From NCBI GenBank assembly GCA_963702085.1, contig OY969707.1:1071005-1135004 (forward strand): a stretch of DNA of 64,000 nt, given 5' to 3'. Shown here in pieces: positions 20,381 through 31,691 of this stretch (position 1 is the first letter of the stretch; every line of letters begins with the position of its first letter). Both the position numbers and the translations under genes were made by a program. The DNA is from an uncultured Solirubrobacterales bacterium (lineage in GTDB: Bacteria > Actinomycetota > Thermoleophilia > Solirubrobacterales > Solirubrobacteraceae). The notes beneath the pieces are model-generated. The model searched no databases, was not told the origin of the DNA, and worked only from the letters and a program-made list of their open reading frames with translations.

Positions 20381-21600
20381 TCCTGCGGCAGGTAGGGCGC
20401 CAGCTCGCGGCGGGCGATCGAGAGCTTGTGGACCTCGTCGGGGCCGTCGGCGAGGCGCAGGGTGCGCAGGTGGGCGTAGGCCCACGCGAGCGTGAAGTCG
20501 TCGCTGACGCCGGCGCCGCCGTGGACCTGGATCGCGCGGTCGATCACCTTCAGGGCGATCGAGGGCGCGGCGACCTTGATCGCGGCGATCTCGGTGCGGG
20601 CGTTGCGGTTGCCGACGGTGTCCATCAGCCACGCGGCCTTTAGCGTGAGCAGGCGGGCCATCTCGATCTCCACGCGGGACTCGGCGATCCAGTCCTGGAC
20701 GTTGGCCCGCGCGGCGAGCGGCTGGCCGAAGGTTGTGCGGGAGACCGCGCGGCGGCACATTGCTTCCAGGGCGCGCTCGGCCGCGCCGAGGGAGCGCATG
20801 CAGTGGTGGATGCGTCCGGGGCCGAGGCGGGCCTGGGCGATCGCGAAGCCCTCGCCCTCCCCGGCGAGCAGGTTCGCCGCGGGGACGCGGACGTCCTCGA
20901 AGAGCAGTTCGGCGTGGCCCTCGTGGTCGTAGTACCCGAACACGGGCAGCGCGCGCAGCACCTGCACGCCGGGGGTGTCGAGCGGCACAAGGATCTGGCT
21001 CTGCTGCCCATGCCGCGGGCCGTCGGTGCGCGTCTTGCCCATCACGATCAGGACCCGGCAGTGGGGGTGCAAGACCCCGGAGATCCACCACTTGCGCCCG
21101 TTGAGCACGTACTCGTCACCGTCGCGCTCGATCCGCAGAGCGATGTTGGTGGCGTCCGAGGAGGCGACGTCGGGCTCGGTCATCGCAAAGGCGGAGCGCA
21201 TCTCACCCGCGAGCAGGGGCTGCAGCCATCGCTCGCGCTGCTCGGGCGTGGCGAAGCGGTGCAGGATCTCCATGTTGCCGGTGTCGGGCGCCGAGCAGTT
21301 GCATGCCTCCGAGGCGATGTGACTGCGCCCGAGGATCTCCGCGAGCGGGGCGTAGTCGCCGTTGGAGAGTCCCGCGCCGTCGTCGGGGTCGGGCAGGAAC
21401 ATGTTCCACAGCCCGCGCTCGCGGGCCGCCGCCTTGAGCTCCTCCATCACGGCGGGCTGGATGGATGAGATCCCACCCGTCCCGCCGGACTCGCGCAACT
21501 GGCGCTCGTAGACGGGCTCGGCGGGGTACACGTGCTCGTCCATGAACGCGGTGAGGCGCTCTTTGAACTCAAGGCAACGGGCGCTGGGCTGGAAGTCCAT
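20377..21600 (-). CDS. Acyl-CoA dehydrogenase
   Basis: [58 protein letters not shown]; GGAGGA RBS. Confidence 0.95.
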   Translation of the reverse strand: MDFQPSARCLEFKERLTAFMDEHVYPAEPVYERQLRESGGTGGISSIQPAVMEELKAAARERGLWNMFLPDPDDGAGLSNGDYAPLAEILGRSHIASEACNCSAPDTGNMEILHRFATPEQRERWLQPLLAGEMRSAFAMTEPDVASSDATNIALRIERDGDEYVLNGRKWWISGVLHPHCRVLIVMGKTRTDGPRHGQQSQILVPLDTPGVQVLRALPVFGYYDHEGHAELLFEDVRVPAANLLAGEGEGFAIAQARLGPGRIHHCMRSLGAAERALEAMCRRAVSRTTFGQPLAARANVQDWIAESRVEIEMARLLTLKAAWLMDTVGNRNARTEIAAIKVAAPSIALKVIDRAIQVHGGAGVSDDFTLAWAYAHLRTLRLADGPDEVHKLSIARRELAPYLPQE

Positions 21601-22010
21601 CGATCCTCCTCCTGTTGGTGTCGTCTGTATGAAACCACCCACGCCGCCACGCTCGATATTGATATACTCTGATGGCAAACTAAGACTTTCTGACTGGGGA
21701 TGCCTTGAGTTGGGCCATTCTAACCCTCTACTTCAGCTTTAGTTTTACATGGTCGATCAGGTGTTCGAACAGTGGAGACATACGATGGTCACAGGGACAA
21801 GCGTGCGGCGTGTGCGGGAGCCTACTCGCGGCCTGCCCGTACGCTCGAACTTGAACCCATCGTCCGCGACGGATAGAGTCTGAGAGAGAATCGCCATCGT
21901 TCTCCGGGCTGGGAGGCCCGGGATCTCGATGTCGCCGGGCCGAGCACGGTTCGGAGCTACCCGGATCGAGGCGACCTGTCTAAGTCAAATACACAGAGGA
22001 GAGAGAGCTG

Positions 22011-22808
22011 ATGATGCGCACTGCATCCACTAGAAGGGCCTTGCTCGGCCTTTGCATCCTGGGGCTGCTGGCCCTGCCGACCGCCGCCTCGGCGACGCCC
22101 GTGGTCACGCTCAAAGCGGCGGCCGTCCCCATCCCGATCAATCCGGCGAACCCGCACAGCGCGACCTACCCCGGAACCGGCGACATCCTAGGCGCCCCCG
22201 CCGCCCTCGAAGCGGAATACACGATCACCGGGAACGAATACGGCGGCGCCCCGTCCCCGATCACGCAGATCAAGTTCTACGTGCCCAACGGCACGAAGCT
22301 GCACACGACGGGGTGGGCCACCTGCTCGAAGGCGACGATCGAACAGAAAGGCCCCGAAGGGTGCCCGAAGAAGTCCTACGCGAGCCCCAAGGGCGAAGCG
22401 CGGGGTCAGGTCAGCTTCGGCGAAACGCGTGTTCACGAGACGCTGACCGTACAGGCGTTCTTCGCCGAAGGCGGCGGCCTGCTGTTCGCCGCCGAGGGCA
22501 ACACGCCGGCCTCGATCGAACTCATCTCCACAGGGACCATCGGCAGCGCGAGCGGCCCCTACGGTCCGGTCTTCACAGCCGAAGTGCCGCTGGTCGAATC
22601 GGTTCCGGGGGCGCTCGACGGGTCGGCCGAATACATCAAGGTCAAGGTCGGCGCCGCGTACAAGAAGGGCAAGAAGCTGATCTCCTACGGCACCGTCCCC
22701 ACGAAGTGCCCGAAGGGCGGCTTCCCGCTCAAGACCGAAGTCAAATTCCTGAGCGGGGAAGTGGTCGCGGCCGAATACAAGGCCCCGTGCCCGAAACACA
22801 AGAAGTAG
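22011..22808 (+). CDS. Secreted hypothetical protein with paired cysteines
   Basis: Signal peptide (..LLALPTAASA), beta-rich mature part, four Cys, Lys-rich; strong coding bias. Confidence 0.75.
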   Translation: MMRTASTRRALLGLCILGLLALPTAASATPVVTLKAAAVPIPINPANPHSATYPGTGDILGAPAALEAEYTITGNEYGGAPSPITQIKFYVPNGTKLHTTGWATCSKATIEQKGPEGCPKKSYASPKGEARGQVSFGETRVHETLTVQAFFAEGGGLLFAAEGNTPASIELISTGTIGSASGPYGPVFTAEVPLVESVPGALDGSAEYIKVKVGAAYKKGKKLISYGTVPTKCPKGGFPLKTEVKFLSGEVVAAEYKAPCPKHKK

Positions 22809-22835
22809 GTTGATGGCGAGGAGCTAGATCAAGCC

Positions 22836-22864
22836 GCGGACGCCCGCCCCAGGCGGGCGTCCGT
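22836..22864 (+). terminator. GC-rich hairpin after secreted-protein gene
   Basis: GCGGACGCCCGCC-CCA-GGCGGGCGTCCGT stem; no U tract. Confidence 0.45.
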
Positions 22865-22963
22865 CAGCAAACGAGAGCGGGCGGGGGCACCCGGCGGAGA
22901 GGGGTTGCCCCCGGCCTGCTGGCCGATTGGAGATCGGCCAGGACGGAGGAGGAAGGATCGGTC

Positions 22964-24532
22964 GTGAGTACCGCGGGGTCTTCGAGGAGGGGTGCGGCAG
23001 CGGCGATCGCCGGCGGGCTCGCCGTCGCGGCGCTGGTCGGCGCGATCCTGCTCGCCACGGCCGCCGGGGGCTCGAGCGGCGGCTACACGGTGCGAGCGAT
23101 CTTCGACGACGCCGCCAACATCGTCTCCAGCGAGGACGTCAAGATCGACGGCGTGAAGGTCGGCACGGTCGGCTCGGTCACGCCCACCCCGACGGGCAAG
23201 GCGGCGGTCGTGCTGAACATCGCAAACCCGGGCTTCCAGGACTTCCGCGCGGACGCGAGCTGCGTGATCCAGCCGCAGGCGCTGATCGGGGAGAAGTTCG
23301 TCAACTGCCTGCCCACCCAGTCGCGCCCGGAAGGCACGCCGCTGCCGCCGCCCCTGCACCAGATCCCGGCGGGCCACGAAGGCGCGGGGCAGTGGTACCT
23401 GCCGGTGACCAACACCTCGAGCCCGATCGACCAGGACCTGCTCAACGACATCAACCACCTGCCCGAGAACCAGCGCCTGACGATCATCATCAACGAACTC
23501 GGCGCCGGCCTCGCCGGTCGGGGCAGCGACCTGAACGCTGTCCTGCACCGCTCCAACCCGGCGCTGCACGAGCTGGAAAAGGTGTTCGGCATCCTCGCCT
23601 CCGAGAACAAGGTGCTCGGCGACCTCGCCGTCGAAGGCGACCGCGCGCTCGTCCCGATCGCCCGCGACCGCCGCCAGTTCGCCGAATTCTTCGCCCAGAG
23701 CAACACCGTGGCGACGGCCACCGCCCGCCACCGCGGCGAGCTCGCCGAAAACCTGCACGAATTCCCCGTCTTCCTGCGCAAGATCGGTCCCTACCTCAAA
23801 CGCCTCGAACAGCTCGCCGCACAGGCCACCCCGACCTTCACGGACCTCGGCGTCGCGGCGCCCGGCATCAACCGTACGTTCGAGAACATCGCGCCGTTCT
23901 CCACCTCCTCGACACAGTTCTTCCAGAGCCTCGGCAAGACCTCCAAGGTGACCGGGCCGGCGCTCGTCGCCACCCAGCCGTTCCTGGGGAAGCTGGAGGC
24001 GCTCGGCGGCGCGGTGAAGCCGTTCGCGAGCAACTTCGCGGCGCTGCTCTCGAGCGTCCGCTCCACAGGCGGCCTGGAGCGCCTGCTCGACTTCATCTTC
24101 CTCGGCACCAACTCCGCCAACGGCTACAACTCGCTCGGCCACTTCGTCCGCACGGTTGGGGTCGGCAAGCTCTGCAGCGCCTACAAAGTCCACTCCCAGA
24201 GCGGCTGCGAAGCGAACTTCATCAACAGCTCGGGCTCGGCTGCGCAGGCGAGCGCGGTGCCGAGTGCCGTGCCGAACGCGAGCGTCACGTCGCTCGCGGA
24301 AGCACGCATCGCGGCGCTCGCGCACGGTGCCACGGTGACCCAGGCGCTCGCGGAGTACCCCGGCTCGGAAGTGGCGAGCCCCCTCGGAGCAGGCGGGGCG
24401 ACACCGCTCACCGCAGGCGCCCCGGCCGTCGCCCAGCCGGTGGGAGGCGCGAGCGCCGGCACCACCTACTACACGCCCAGCAGCGAAACCGAAGCCGGCA
24501 GCCTCTTGCTCAACTACCTGCTCGGCAACTGA
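22964..24532 (+). CDS. MCE (MlaD) family protein 1
   Basis: N-terminal TM; DVKIDGVKVGTV..LIGEKFV MCE motif; long helical region. Confidence 0.92.
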   Translation: MSTAGSSRRGAAAAIAGGLAVAALVGAILLATAAGGSSGGYTVRAIFDDAANIVSSEDVKIDGVKVGTVGSVTPTPTGKAAVVLNIANPGFQDFRADASCVIQPQALIGEKFVNCLPTQSRPEGTPLPPPLHQIPAGHEGAGQWYLPVTNTSSPIDQDLLNDINHLPENQRLTIIINELGAGLAGRGSDLNAVLHRSNPALHELEKVFGILASENKVLGDLAVEGDRALVPIARDRRQFAEFFAQSNTVATATARHRGELAENLHEFPVFLRKIGPYLKRLEQLAAQATPTFTDLGVAAPGINRTFENIAPFSTSSTQFFQSLGKTSKVTGPALVATQPFLGKLEALGGAVKPFASNFAALLSSVRSTGGLERLLDFIFLGTNSANGYNSLGHFVRTVGVGKLCSAYKVHSQSGCEANFINSSGSAAQASAVPSAVPNASVTSLAEARIAALAHGATVTQALAEYPGSEVASPLGAGGATPLTAGAPAVAQPVGGASAGTTYYTPSSETEAGSLLLNYLLGN

Positions 24533-24583
24533 GCTCGCGATGACCCACCGACACCACAACAAGCCCCCGAACCCAAGCTCGCG

Positions 24584-27164
24584 ATGAGACCACCACACCA
24601 CCACCACGGTTTCCGCGCTCCTCTGCGACTGGCCCTCGCGGGGCTGCTCGCGCTGGCGCTGCTTGCGGCGGGCGCGGCTGGCGCCCAGGGTGAAGCGCCC
24701 GACGGAGCGGGCGGGCCTTCGTCCACGGGCGAAACCTCGGAACCCTCGACCTCGACGTCGAGCCCCTCGACTGCGCCCGGCTCTGAAGCGCCGGCCGGTG
24801 TGCACGGTCAGGTCGGCGAACCGACGGGCGCGAACCAAACTCCACCAGCCGCGCAGGGCGGGGCAGGGGGTGGGGCGGCAGGCACCTCGGAACCGACCAC
24901 GACGACTCCCGCGCCCGAAGTCGAGGCTCAGAGCCCGCAGGTCACGAGTACGCCGGGCGGGAAGCCAAACCACCACGACCGCGCGCACCGTGGCTCCGGC
25001 GGGACCGGCGCCGGTACTCAGCCCAACCACTCCGCCAAGCGGTCTTCGCCGCTGCCCGCCCCGGCGCCGTCGGCGCTCACGCCGCCGCTCCCCGGCGCGC
25101 TCGGCGCCCCGATCTCAGGGATCCCGGACTTCTTCATCGAAAGCTTCCGCATCCCGCCCTTCCTGCTGCCGATCTACCAGGCAGCGGGCACCGCGTACGA
25201 CATCCCCTGGCAGGTGCTGGCGGCGATCAACGAGGTCGAGACCGACTACGGGCGCGACCTCAGCGTCTCAAGCGCCGGCGCCGAGGGTTGGATGCAGTTC
25301 CTGCCCTCCTCGTGGGCCCGCTACGGGGTGGACGCCAACGGCGACGACTACGAGGACCCCTACAACCCGGCCGACGCGATCTTCGCCGCCGCCCGCTACC
25401 TCCAGGCCGCCGGCGGGGGCATCGCCGCCGGCGGCGGGGGCACCGCCGAAGGTGGTCAGCACATCCGCGCGGCGATCTACGCCTACAACCACTCCCAGGC
25501 CTACGTCGAATCGGTGATGCTGCGCGCGCAGCTGCTCGAAGGAACGCCGCCGGAACTGCTAAGCGCGATCACGGGTCTGACCGAATCGCGCTTCCCCGTG
25601 CACGCGCCGGCGCACTTCACCGACGGCTTCCCCACGCTCCCAGGACCTGCCGGGGCCGGCGGGTCCGGATCCAACCGGGTGGGTGGGAGCTCGCCGATCG
25701 CGGGGACGACGATCTACTCGCAGGTGGGAGCGCCGGTGATCGCCGTGCAGGACGGGGAGGTGACCGCCGTCGGGGACTCGCCGACGCTCGGGCGCTACGT
25801 GTCGCTGCGCGACGCCTACGACAATACCTACACCTACGCACAGCTGGGTAGCGTGGCCGCGCTCTACCCGGTGCTCGAACCGCGCGTGGAGACCGCGGTC
25901 AGCGACCGCATCGCCCCGGCCATCTCCGGCCCCAGCCTGCCCAGGCCGAGCGCCCCCGCGAGCGCCGGCGTGCAGCCGCACTCCCCGCTCTCCGAAGGGG
26001 CGGTGAGCTCGGGCCTGGCGTTGGGTGCGGCGAGCGCTCTGGAAACGCCGCCCCCAGCCCCGGTCGCGCCTGCGCAGCCACCTGCGCTCTCCGCTCAACC
26101 TGCGTCTGCGTCGACGCCCCGGGTCTTCCGCGCGGGTCCCGACCAGGTCTACCTGCACCCGCTCCTCCCGGGCGTGCAGGTGCTGGCCGGAACCGTGCTC
26201 GGGCACATCGGCGCGGCGGCGGAAAACGAAGCGGCGCCGGCGCCCGCCTCTGCGTCCGGTCAGCCCGGTCTGGCAGGCGAGGTCGAACCGCACATGCTCT
26301 TCCAGATCCGTCCCGCCGGTACGGGGGCGCCGCTGATCGACCCCAAGCCGATCCTCGACGGGTGGGTGCGCCTGGAAGAGACCTCGGTCTTCAGGGCCAA
26401 GGGCGAGAACCCGTTCCTGGCGACCTCGCCGACCGTCGGGCAGGTGCTGCTGGCGTCCAAGCCGCAGCTCGAGCAGCTGCTGTTGCGCGACCCCGGCGTC
26501 CACCTCCCCCGCTGCGAGCGCGGCGAGGTGCGGGCCGGCGAGGTCGATCGGCGGGTGCTCGCGGCGCTCGAGTTCCTCTCGGTCTCCGGGCTGAGCCCGA
26601 CCGTCTCGGCGAAGGGCTGCGCCCACGCCGGGGGCTCCGTCGGGGCGGGCAACGCCGTCGGCGCCGCCGCGGGCGATGCGATGGACATCTCGGCGCTCGA
26701 CGGCACCCCCGTCGCCGGGCACGAAGGGCCGGGCTCGGTCACCGACATCGCGGTGCGCCGGCTGTTGCGGCTGCAGGGCACGATGAAGCCCGCGCAGATA
26801 GTCAGCGCGGAGAGCTACCCCGGGACCGACAACACGCTGACGCTGTCCGGCTACCGCGGCCTGATCCACGTCGCCTTCGCGTCCCCGCTCGCGGCGGCTC
26901 CCGCCCGCACCGGCGCCCGCGCGGCCAGGTTGCGCCTGGCCGGCACGAGTGGCTCGCCGCTCACGCCCAACCAGTGGCTGCAGCTGGTCTCCCAGCTCGG
27001 AGAGATCCCCGAGCCGGTGGTGACGGGCAAACCCTCCGCGGCTGCGATCCCGGACACGAGTACCGGCGCGCCCACCTCCAGCCTCACCGAGCGCCAGTCA
27101 GTCCGCGCCGGATGCGGGCACTGCGGGCGGCGGCGGTCCCTCCAGCGAAGCGGGAGGTGGCTGA
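24584..27164 (+). CDS. Secreted lytic transglycosylase with degenerate M23-like and M15-like domains (probable frameshift near 27080)
   Basis: WQVLAAINEVETDYG, SSAGAEGWMQF, AIFAAARYL, YNHS SLT motifs; PVIAVQDGEV..YTYAQL and PHMLFQIR M23-like segments. The shifted frame ends with TGA at 27162-27164. Confidence 0.8.
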
Positions 27165-27166
27165 GG

Positions 27167-28597
27167 ATGGCCACGACCACGCCTCCTCCGCGGGCGGGTG
27201 GGCCCCCAACCGGCCCGCTTCCGCCGCCGAGCGGCCCTCCCGGGCCCCCGCGGCCGGTCTCGCCTCCGCCGCGGAGCGTGGGCCGCTGGATCGCCGCCGG
27301 CGCGCTCGCGCTGGTGGTTGGGATCCTCGCCTACATCGTGTTCTCGGGCGGTAGCGGGGCCAACTACAAGTTCGAACTCGAAAACGCCAGCCAGATCGTG
27401 CTGGGCGACCAGGTGCAGGTCGGCGGCGTGCCCGTGGGGAGCGTCACCGGCATCACGCTCACCCGCAACTACAGGGCGCTGATCACGATCCACGTGGAAG
27501 GCTCGCTGGTGCCGCTGCACGAAGGCACGACCGCCCAGATCAGGGTGCCCTCGCTGACGACCGTTGCCGGGCGCTACGTGGCGCTCTCCCCGGGCCCCAA
27601 CAACCGCCCGGCGCTGCCCGCCGGCGCGACGCTGCCCCCCGGCTCCGCGCAGGGGACCACCGACCTCGACCAGCTGTTCGACACGCTGAACCCGCGCACG
27701 CGCAAAGGGCTGCAGGAGCTCCTCGTGGGCACGGCCGAACAGTACGCGGGCGCCACCATGGCGGCGGGTCTCTCAGCGGAATACTTCAGCCCCGCCCTCT
27801 CCTCCGCGAACCACATCTTCGTCGAGCTCACGCGCGACCAGCACACGTTCACCGAATTCCTCGTGCAGTCCGCCAAGGCGCTCGCGACGCTCGGCGCCCA
27901 CCACGAAGCGCTCACCGAATTCGTCGACAACGGCAACCAGGCCACCCAGGCGCTCGGCGCCGAACAGGCGAGCCTTCAGCGTGCGGTGGCGCAGCTGCCG
28001 GCCACGCTGCAGGCGGGCAACCGCGCGTTCGCGCAGGCGCCCTCGACGTTCGCGGCGCTGCGCCACCTGGCGAACGTGGCCGGACCCGATACCAAGCTGC
28101 TCGCACCCCTCTTCGCGCGGCTGAAGCCGCTGGTGGTCGAGGCTGGGCCGGTGCTGCACAATCTCAGCCTCGCGATCAGCCGCCCGGGGCCGAGCAACGA
28201 CCTCACCGACGCGGCGCTCGCGCTGCCCACGCTCGCGCAGATCCTCCAGAGCGGCTCGCCCAACGCCGTCAAGGCGTTGCAGGAATCGGTGCCGGTGACC
28301 GCCCTGTGGGGCCCCTACGCCCCCGACCTGGAGGGCGCTGTGCGCGACTTCGGCACGAGCGCGGGCTACTACGACGGAAACGGCAACTACGCGCGGGTGG
28401 CCCCCGTGTTCGACAACTTCGCGCTCGGCGCGGGCAACACGCTCACCCCGGTCACCCCGCCGCAGGGGCTGCAGGGCCTGAAGACCAAGCAGTTGCTGCG
28501 CTGCCCCGGTGCGGGCGCGACGCCGCCGGCGGCCGATGGCTCGGCGCCCTTCACCGACAACGGCCAGCTCGGCTGCGATCCCACGCAGGTGCCGTGA
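27167..28597 (+). CDS. MCE family protein 2
   Basis: ATG at 27167 after GGAGG; TM; QVQVGGVPVGSV..GRYVALSPG. Confidence 0.9.
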   Translation: MATTTPPPRAGGPPTGPLPPPSGPPGPPRPVSPPPRSVGRWIAAGALALVVGILAYIVFSGGSGANYKFELENASQIVLGDQVQVGGVPVGSVTGITLTRNYRALITIHVEGSLVPLHEGTTAQIRVPSLTTVAGRYVALSPGPNNRPALPAGATLPPGSAQGTTDLDQLFDTLNPRTRKGLQELLVGTAEQYAGATMAAGLSAEYFSPALSSANHIFVELTRDQHTFTEFLVQSAKALATLGAHHEALTEFVDNGNQATQALGAEQASLQRAVAQLPATLQAGNRAFAQAPSTFAALRHLANVAGPDTKLLAPLFARLKPLVVEAGPVLHNLSLAISRPGPSNDLTDAALALPTLAQILQSGSPNAVKALQESVPVTALWGPYAPDLEGAVRDFGTSAGYYDGNGNYARVAPVFDNFALGAGNTLTPVTPPQGLQGLKTKQLLRCPGAGATPPAADGSAPFTDNGQLGCDPTQVP

Positions 28598-30189
28598 TGA
28601 ATCCTCGTCGCCGCAGCTCCCTGGCCGCAAGCCCGCTGCTGATCGGGGCGCTCACCGTGCTGATCGCGGCCGTGGCGGTCTACATCTCCTACAACGCCAA
28701 CAACGGGCTGCCGTTCACCCCCACCTACAACATCAAGGCTGAACTGCCGGAAGCCTCGGGTCTGGAGAACGGCAACCAGGTGCGGCTGGCCGGCAAGCGG
28801 GTGGGGGTCGTGAGCGCGCTCACCCCCCACCAGGACCCCGCCACCGGCCGGGTCACGGCGATCGTGAGCCTCAAGCTCGAAAAGCACGCTGGGCCGCTGC
28901 CCCTCGACACCTCCATGCTCGTCGAGTCGGTCTCGACGATCGGCCTGAAGTACCTGGAACTGACCCGGGGGCACTCTCACCAGACGATCCCCGACGGCGG
29001 CACGATCCCCGCCTCGCACTCCCACGAACCGGCGCAGATCCAGGACTTCTTCAACATCTTCGACAAGCGGACGCGGGTCGCGATCGAGCAGAACACGAAC
29101 ACCTTCGGCGACGCCTTCGCCGGGCGCGGCCCCGGACTGAACGAAACGATCCACACGCTGCGTCCGCTCGTCGACGGCGCCGTGCCCGTGCTGCACAACC
29201 TCGCCTCGCCGCAGACCGGCTTCGGCCAGCTGTTCGTCGCGCTCGACAAAGCCGCCAAAGAGGTCGCGCCGGTGGCCGAAACGCAGGCGAGCCTGTTCGT
29301 CGAGCTCGACACCTTCTTTACGGCCTTCGCCGGCGCCTCGCCGTCGCTGGAACGCACGATCGAAGGCGGGCCGGCGGCGCTGCGCCAGGCGATCCACTCG
29401 CTGCCCTTCGAGGAACCGCTGATCGAAAAAACCACCGAGTTCATCCACCTGCTGCGCCCGAGCGCGCACATCCTGCGCACCACCGCGGCGCCGCTCGGCC
29501 ACGCCTTCGAAGTCGGCGCCGTCAACCTGCGCGCCGCCGTCGCGCTGAACAAGCAGCTGGCCAGCGCGCTGCACGCCTTCCAGGTCTTCGCCGAAGACCC
29601 CGTCGTCGGGCTCGGCCTCGAAGAATTCACGCGGACCGCGCAGCTCGGCACGCCGCTGCTGGAAGGGCTCGCCCCTGCGCAGACCACCTGCAACTACGTC
29701 ACGCTGGCGTTCCGCAACGTCGCCAACCTGCTCGCCGAGAGCGTCGGAGTCGGCACGCTCGTGCGGGCGGTGCCGATTCTCAGCCCCTCCGGACCGAACG
29801 CCGAGGGACTCCCGGCCTCGGCGCCTGCCGACGGGCCGTCAAAAGACGTGGCAAGCACCTTGACCGGCACTGGCGTCGGGAAAGAAATCCCAGACAACCA
29901 CCTGCACTACAACCCCTACCCCTACGTGGGCGGTCCCGGCCAGCCCCAGGAGTGCGAAGCGGGCAACACGAACTACGTGGAAGGCAAGACGGTCATCGGC
30001 AACACCTCCACCACCCTCGGGACGCTCCACGACGTGACCAAGCGCAACGAAAGCCTGTTCGGGGAAAAGTACCCGGCCTCCACGCTGAGCAGCTTCCCGA
30101 AGGAAGGGCCCACCGCGAGCAAGAACACGAGCAAGAGCAAGAGCTCTAAGAGCGGTGCAAAGAGCACGAGCAAGGGGAAGGGGCAGTGA
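28597..30189 (+). CDS. MCE family protein 3
   Basis: TGATG coupling; NQVRLAGKRVGVV..GLKYLELTRG. Confidence 0.92.
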   Translation: MNPRRRSSLAASPLLIGALTVLIAAVAVYISYNANNGLPFTPTYNIKAELPEASGLENGNQVRLAGKRVGVVSALTPHQDPATGRVTAIVSLKLEKHAGPLPLDTSMLVESVSTIGLKYLELTRGHSHQTIPDGGTIPASHSHEPAQIQDFFNIFDKRTRVAIEQNTNTFGDAFAGRGPGLNETIHTLRPLVDGAVPVLHNLASPQTGFGQLFVALDKAAKEVAPVAETQASLFVELDTFFTAFAGASPSLERTIEGGPAALRQAIHSLPFEEPLIEKTTEFIHLLRPSAHILRTTAAPLGHAFEVGAVNLRAAVALNKQLASALHAFQVFAEDPVVGLGLEEFTRTAQLGTPLLEGLAPAQTTCNYVTLAFRNVANLLAESVGVGTLVRAVPILSPSGPNAEGLPASAPADGPSKDVASTLTGTGVGKEIPDNHLHYNPYPYVGGPGQPQECEAGNTNYVEGKTVIGNTSTTLGTLHDVTKRNESLFGEKYPASTLSSFPKEGPTASKNTSKSKSSKSGAKSTSKGKGQ

Positions 30190-31691
30190 GTCGCGTGCGC
30201 ATCTGGCGCCGCCGGGAGGTCGCGGTCTCCGAGCTGCAGAAGCGCTCCAACCCCGTGCGCTTCGGGATCGTCTTCCTGATCGTCCTCGCGATCGCCGTGT
30301 ACTTCGGCTTCACCAAGCACGTTCCGTTCAAACACAGCTTCCGCCTGAACGCGGTCTTCACTGCGGCCGCCGACATCCAGCCCAAGTCCCCGGTGCGGAT
30401 CGCCGGGGTCAACGTCGGCAAGGTCACCTCTGCCACGCGCGAGGGCAACACGGCGCTCGTGGCGATGGAAATCGAAGGCAAGGGCCTGCCGATCCACTCG
30501 GACGCGACGCTCAAGATCCGCCCGCGGATCTTCCTGGAAGGCAACTGGTGGGTCGAACTGCAGCCCGGCAGCCCCTCCGCTCCGGTGGTCTCCTCCGGCC
30601 ACACGATCCCGGTCACGCAGACCTCCAACCCGGTTCAGCTCGACCAGGTGCTCGACGCGCTCAACACCGACACGCGCGCGAACCTGCAGACCTTCCTGGT
30701 CGAATACGGCGCGGCGCTGACAGCCAAGCCGACCGCCGCAGAGGACGCCGAACAGGACCCGGAAGTGCGCGGCCTGAACATGGCGCAGGCGCTCAACAAG
30801 GCCTACCACCGCGGCCCTGAAGCGCTGCGCGACGGCACGATCATCAACCAGGCGATCGCGGGCACGGAAACGCACGACCTCTCGAAGTTGTTTGCGAGCA
30901 TCGAACAGGTCACGGCTCAGCTCAACGTGCACGAGCAGCAGCTCGGGGAACTGTTCGGCCACTTCGCCGGCTTCTTCCACCCCTTCGCCGCGCAGGCGGC
31001 CAGCGTCCGCACCGCCGTCGCCGAGCTGCCGAGCGCGCTGCGCGGGGCGCAGCGCGGCTTCGCCGAACTGAACAACGCCGCCCCCTCGATCCGGACCTTC
31101 GCGCTGGACCTGATCCCCGGCGTGGAAGAGATCCCCGCCGCGGCCACCGCCGCCTTCCCGTGGATCGAACAGGTCAAGGGGTCACTCGGGCCCGAGGAAC
31201 TCGGAGGGGTCGCAGCGGGTCTGCGTACGGCGGCGCCGGAGATCGCCGCCGTAACCACCGGCCAGGTCTCCTTCCAGCGCCAGTTCAACGAGTTCAACCA
31301 GTGCCTGACGAAGGTGATCTTCCCCGCCATCTACACCAAGATCCAGGACGGGGCCAACACCTCGGGCGTGGAAGACTACAAGGAATTCTGGTATGCGCTG
31401 GCGGGCCTGGCGGGCATCGGCCAGAACTTCGACGGCAACGGCGCCGCGGGGCGCTTCATCGCCGGGGGCAGTGGCACCGCGGTCCTCTCTGCGCCGGCCA
31501 CGGTCGTCAAGCCCGGCGCGCCGCCCGGCAACAAACCGTTGGTGGCCCAGACTCCTCTGGTTCCCGAAGGGACCAGCCCGCGCTTCCCCGGCGTCGAGCC
31601 TCCGTACAAGCCGCTCGTACCGTGCTACACGCAGAAGCTGCCCAACTTCAACGGGCCGCTGGCACACGGCTCAGCAGACGGGGGAGGATGA
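30186..31691 (+). CDS. MCE family protein 4
   Basis: SPVRIAGVNVGKV..IRPRIFLEGNWWVELQPG. Confidence 0.92.
   Translation: MSRVRIWRRREVAVSELQKRSNPVRFGIVFLIVLAIAVYFGFTKHVPFKHSFRLNAVFTAAADIQPKSPVRIAGVNVGKVTSATREGNTALVAMEIEGKGLPIHSDATLKIRPRIFLEGNWWVELQPGSPSAPVVSSGHTIPVTQTSNPVQLDQVLDALNTDTRANLQTFLVEYGAALTAKPTAAEDAEQDPEVRGLNMAQALNKAYHRGPEALRDGTIINQAIAGTETHDLSKLFASIEQVTAQLNVHEQQLGELFGHFAGFFHPFAAQAASVRTAVAELPSALRGAQRGFAELNNAAPSIRTFALDLIPGVEEIPAAATAAFPWIEQVKGSLGPEELGGVAAGLRTAAPEIAAVTTGQVSFQRQFNEFNQCLTKVIFPAIYTKIQDGANTSGVEDYKEFWYALAGLAGIGQNFDGNGAAGRFIAGGSGTAVLSAPATVVKPGAPPGNKPLVAQTPLVPEGTSPRFPGVEPPYKPLVPCYTQKLPNFNGPLAHGSADGGG

Noticed and set aside
24584-28597. 1337-aa transglycosylase-MCE fusion shown in the ORF track
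   Set aside because: The linker reads as off-frame sequence. The shifted frame gives a natural low-complexity tail ending in TGA at 27164, with GGAGG and an ATG at 27167. This is most likely two genes joined by an indel.
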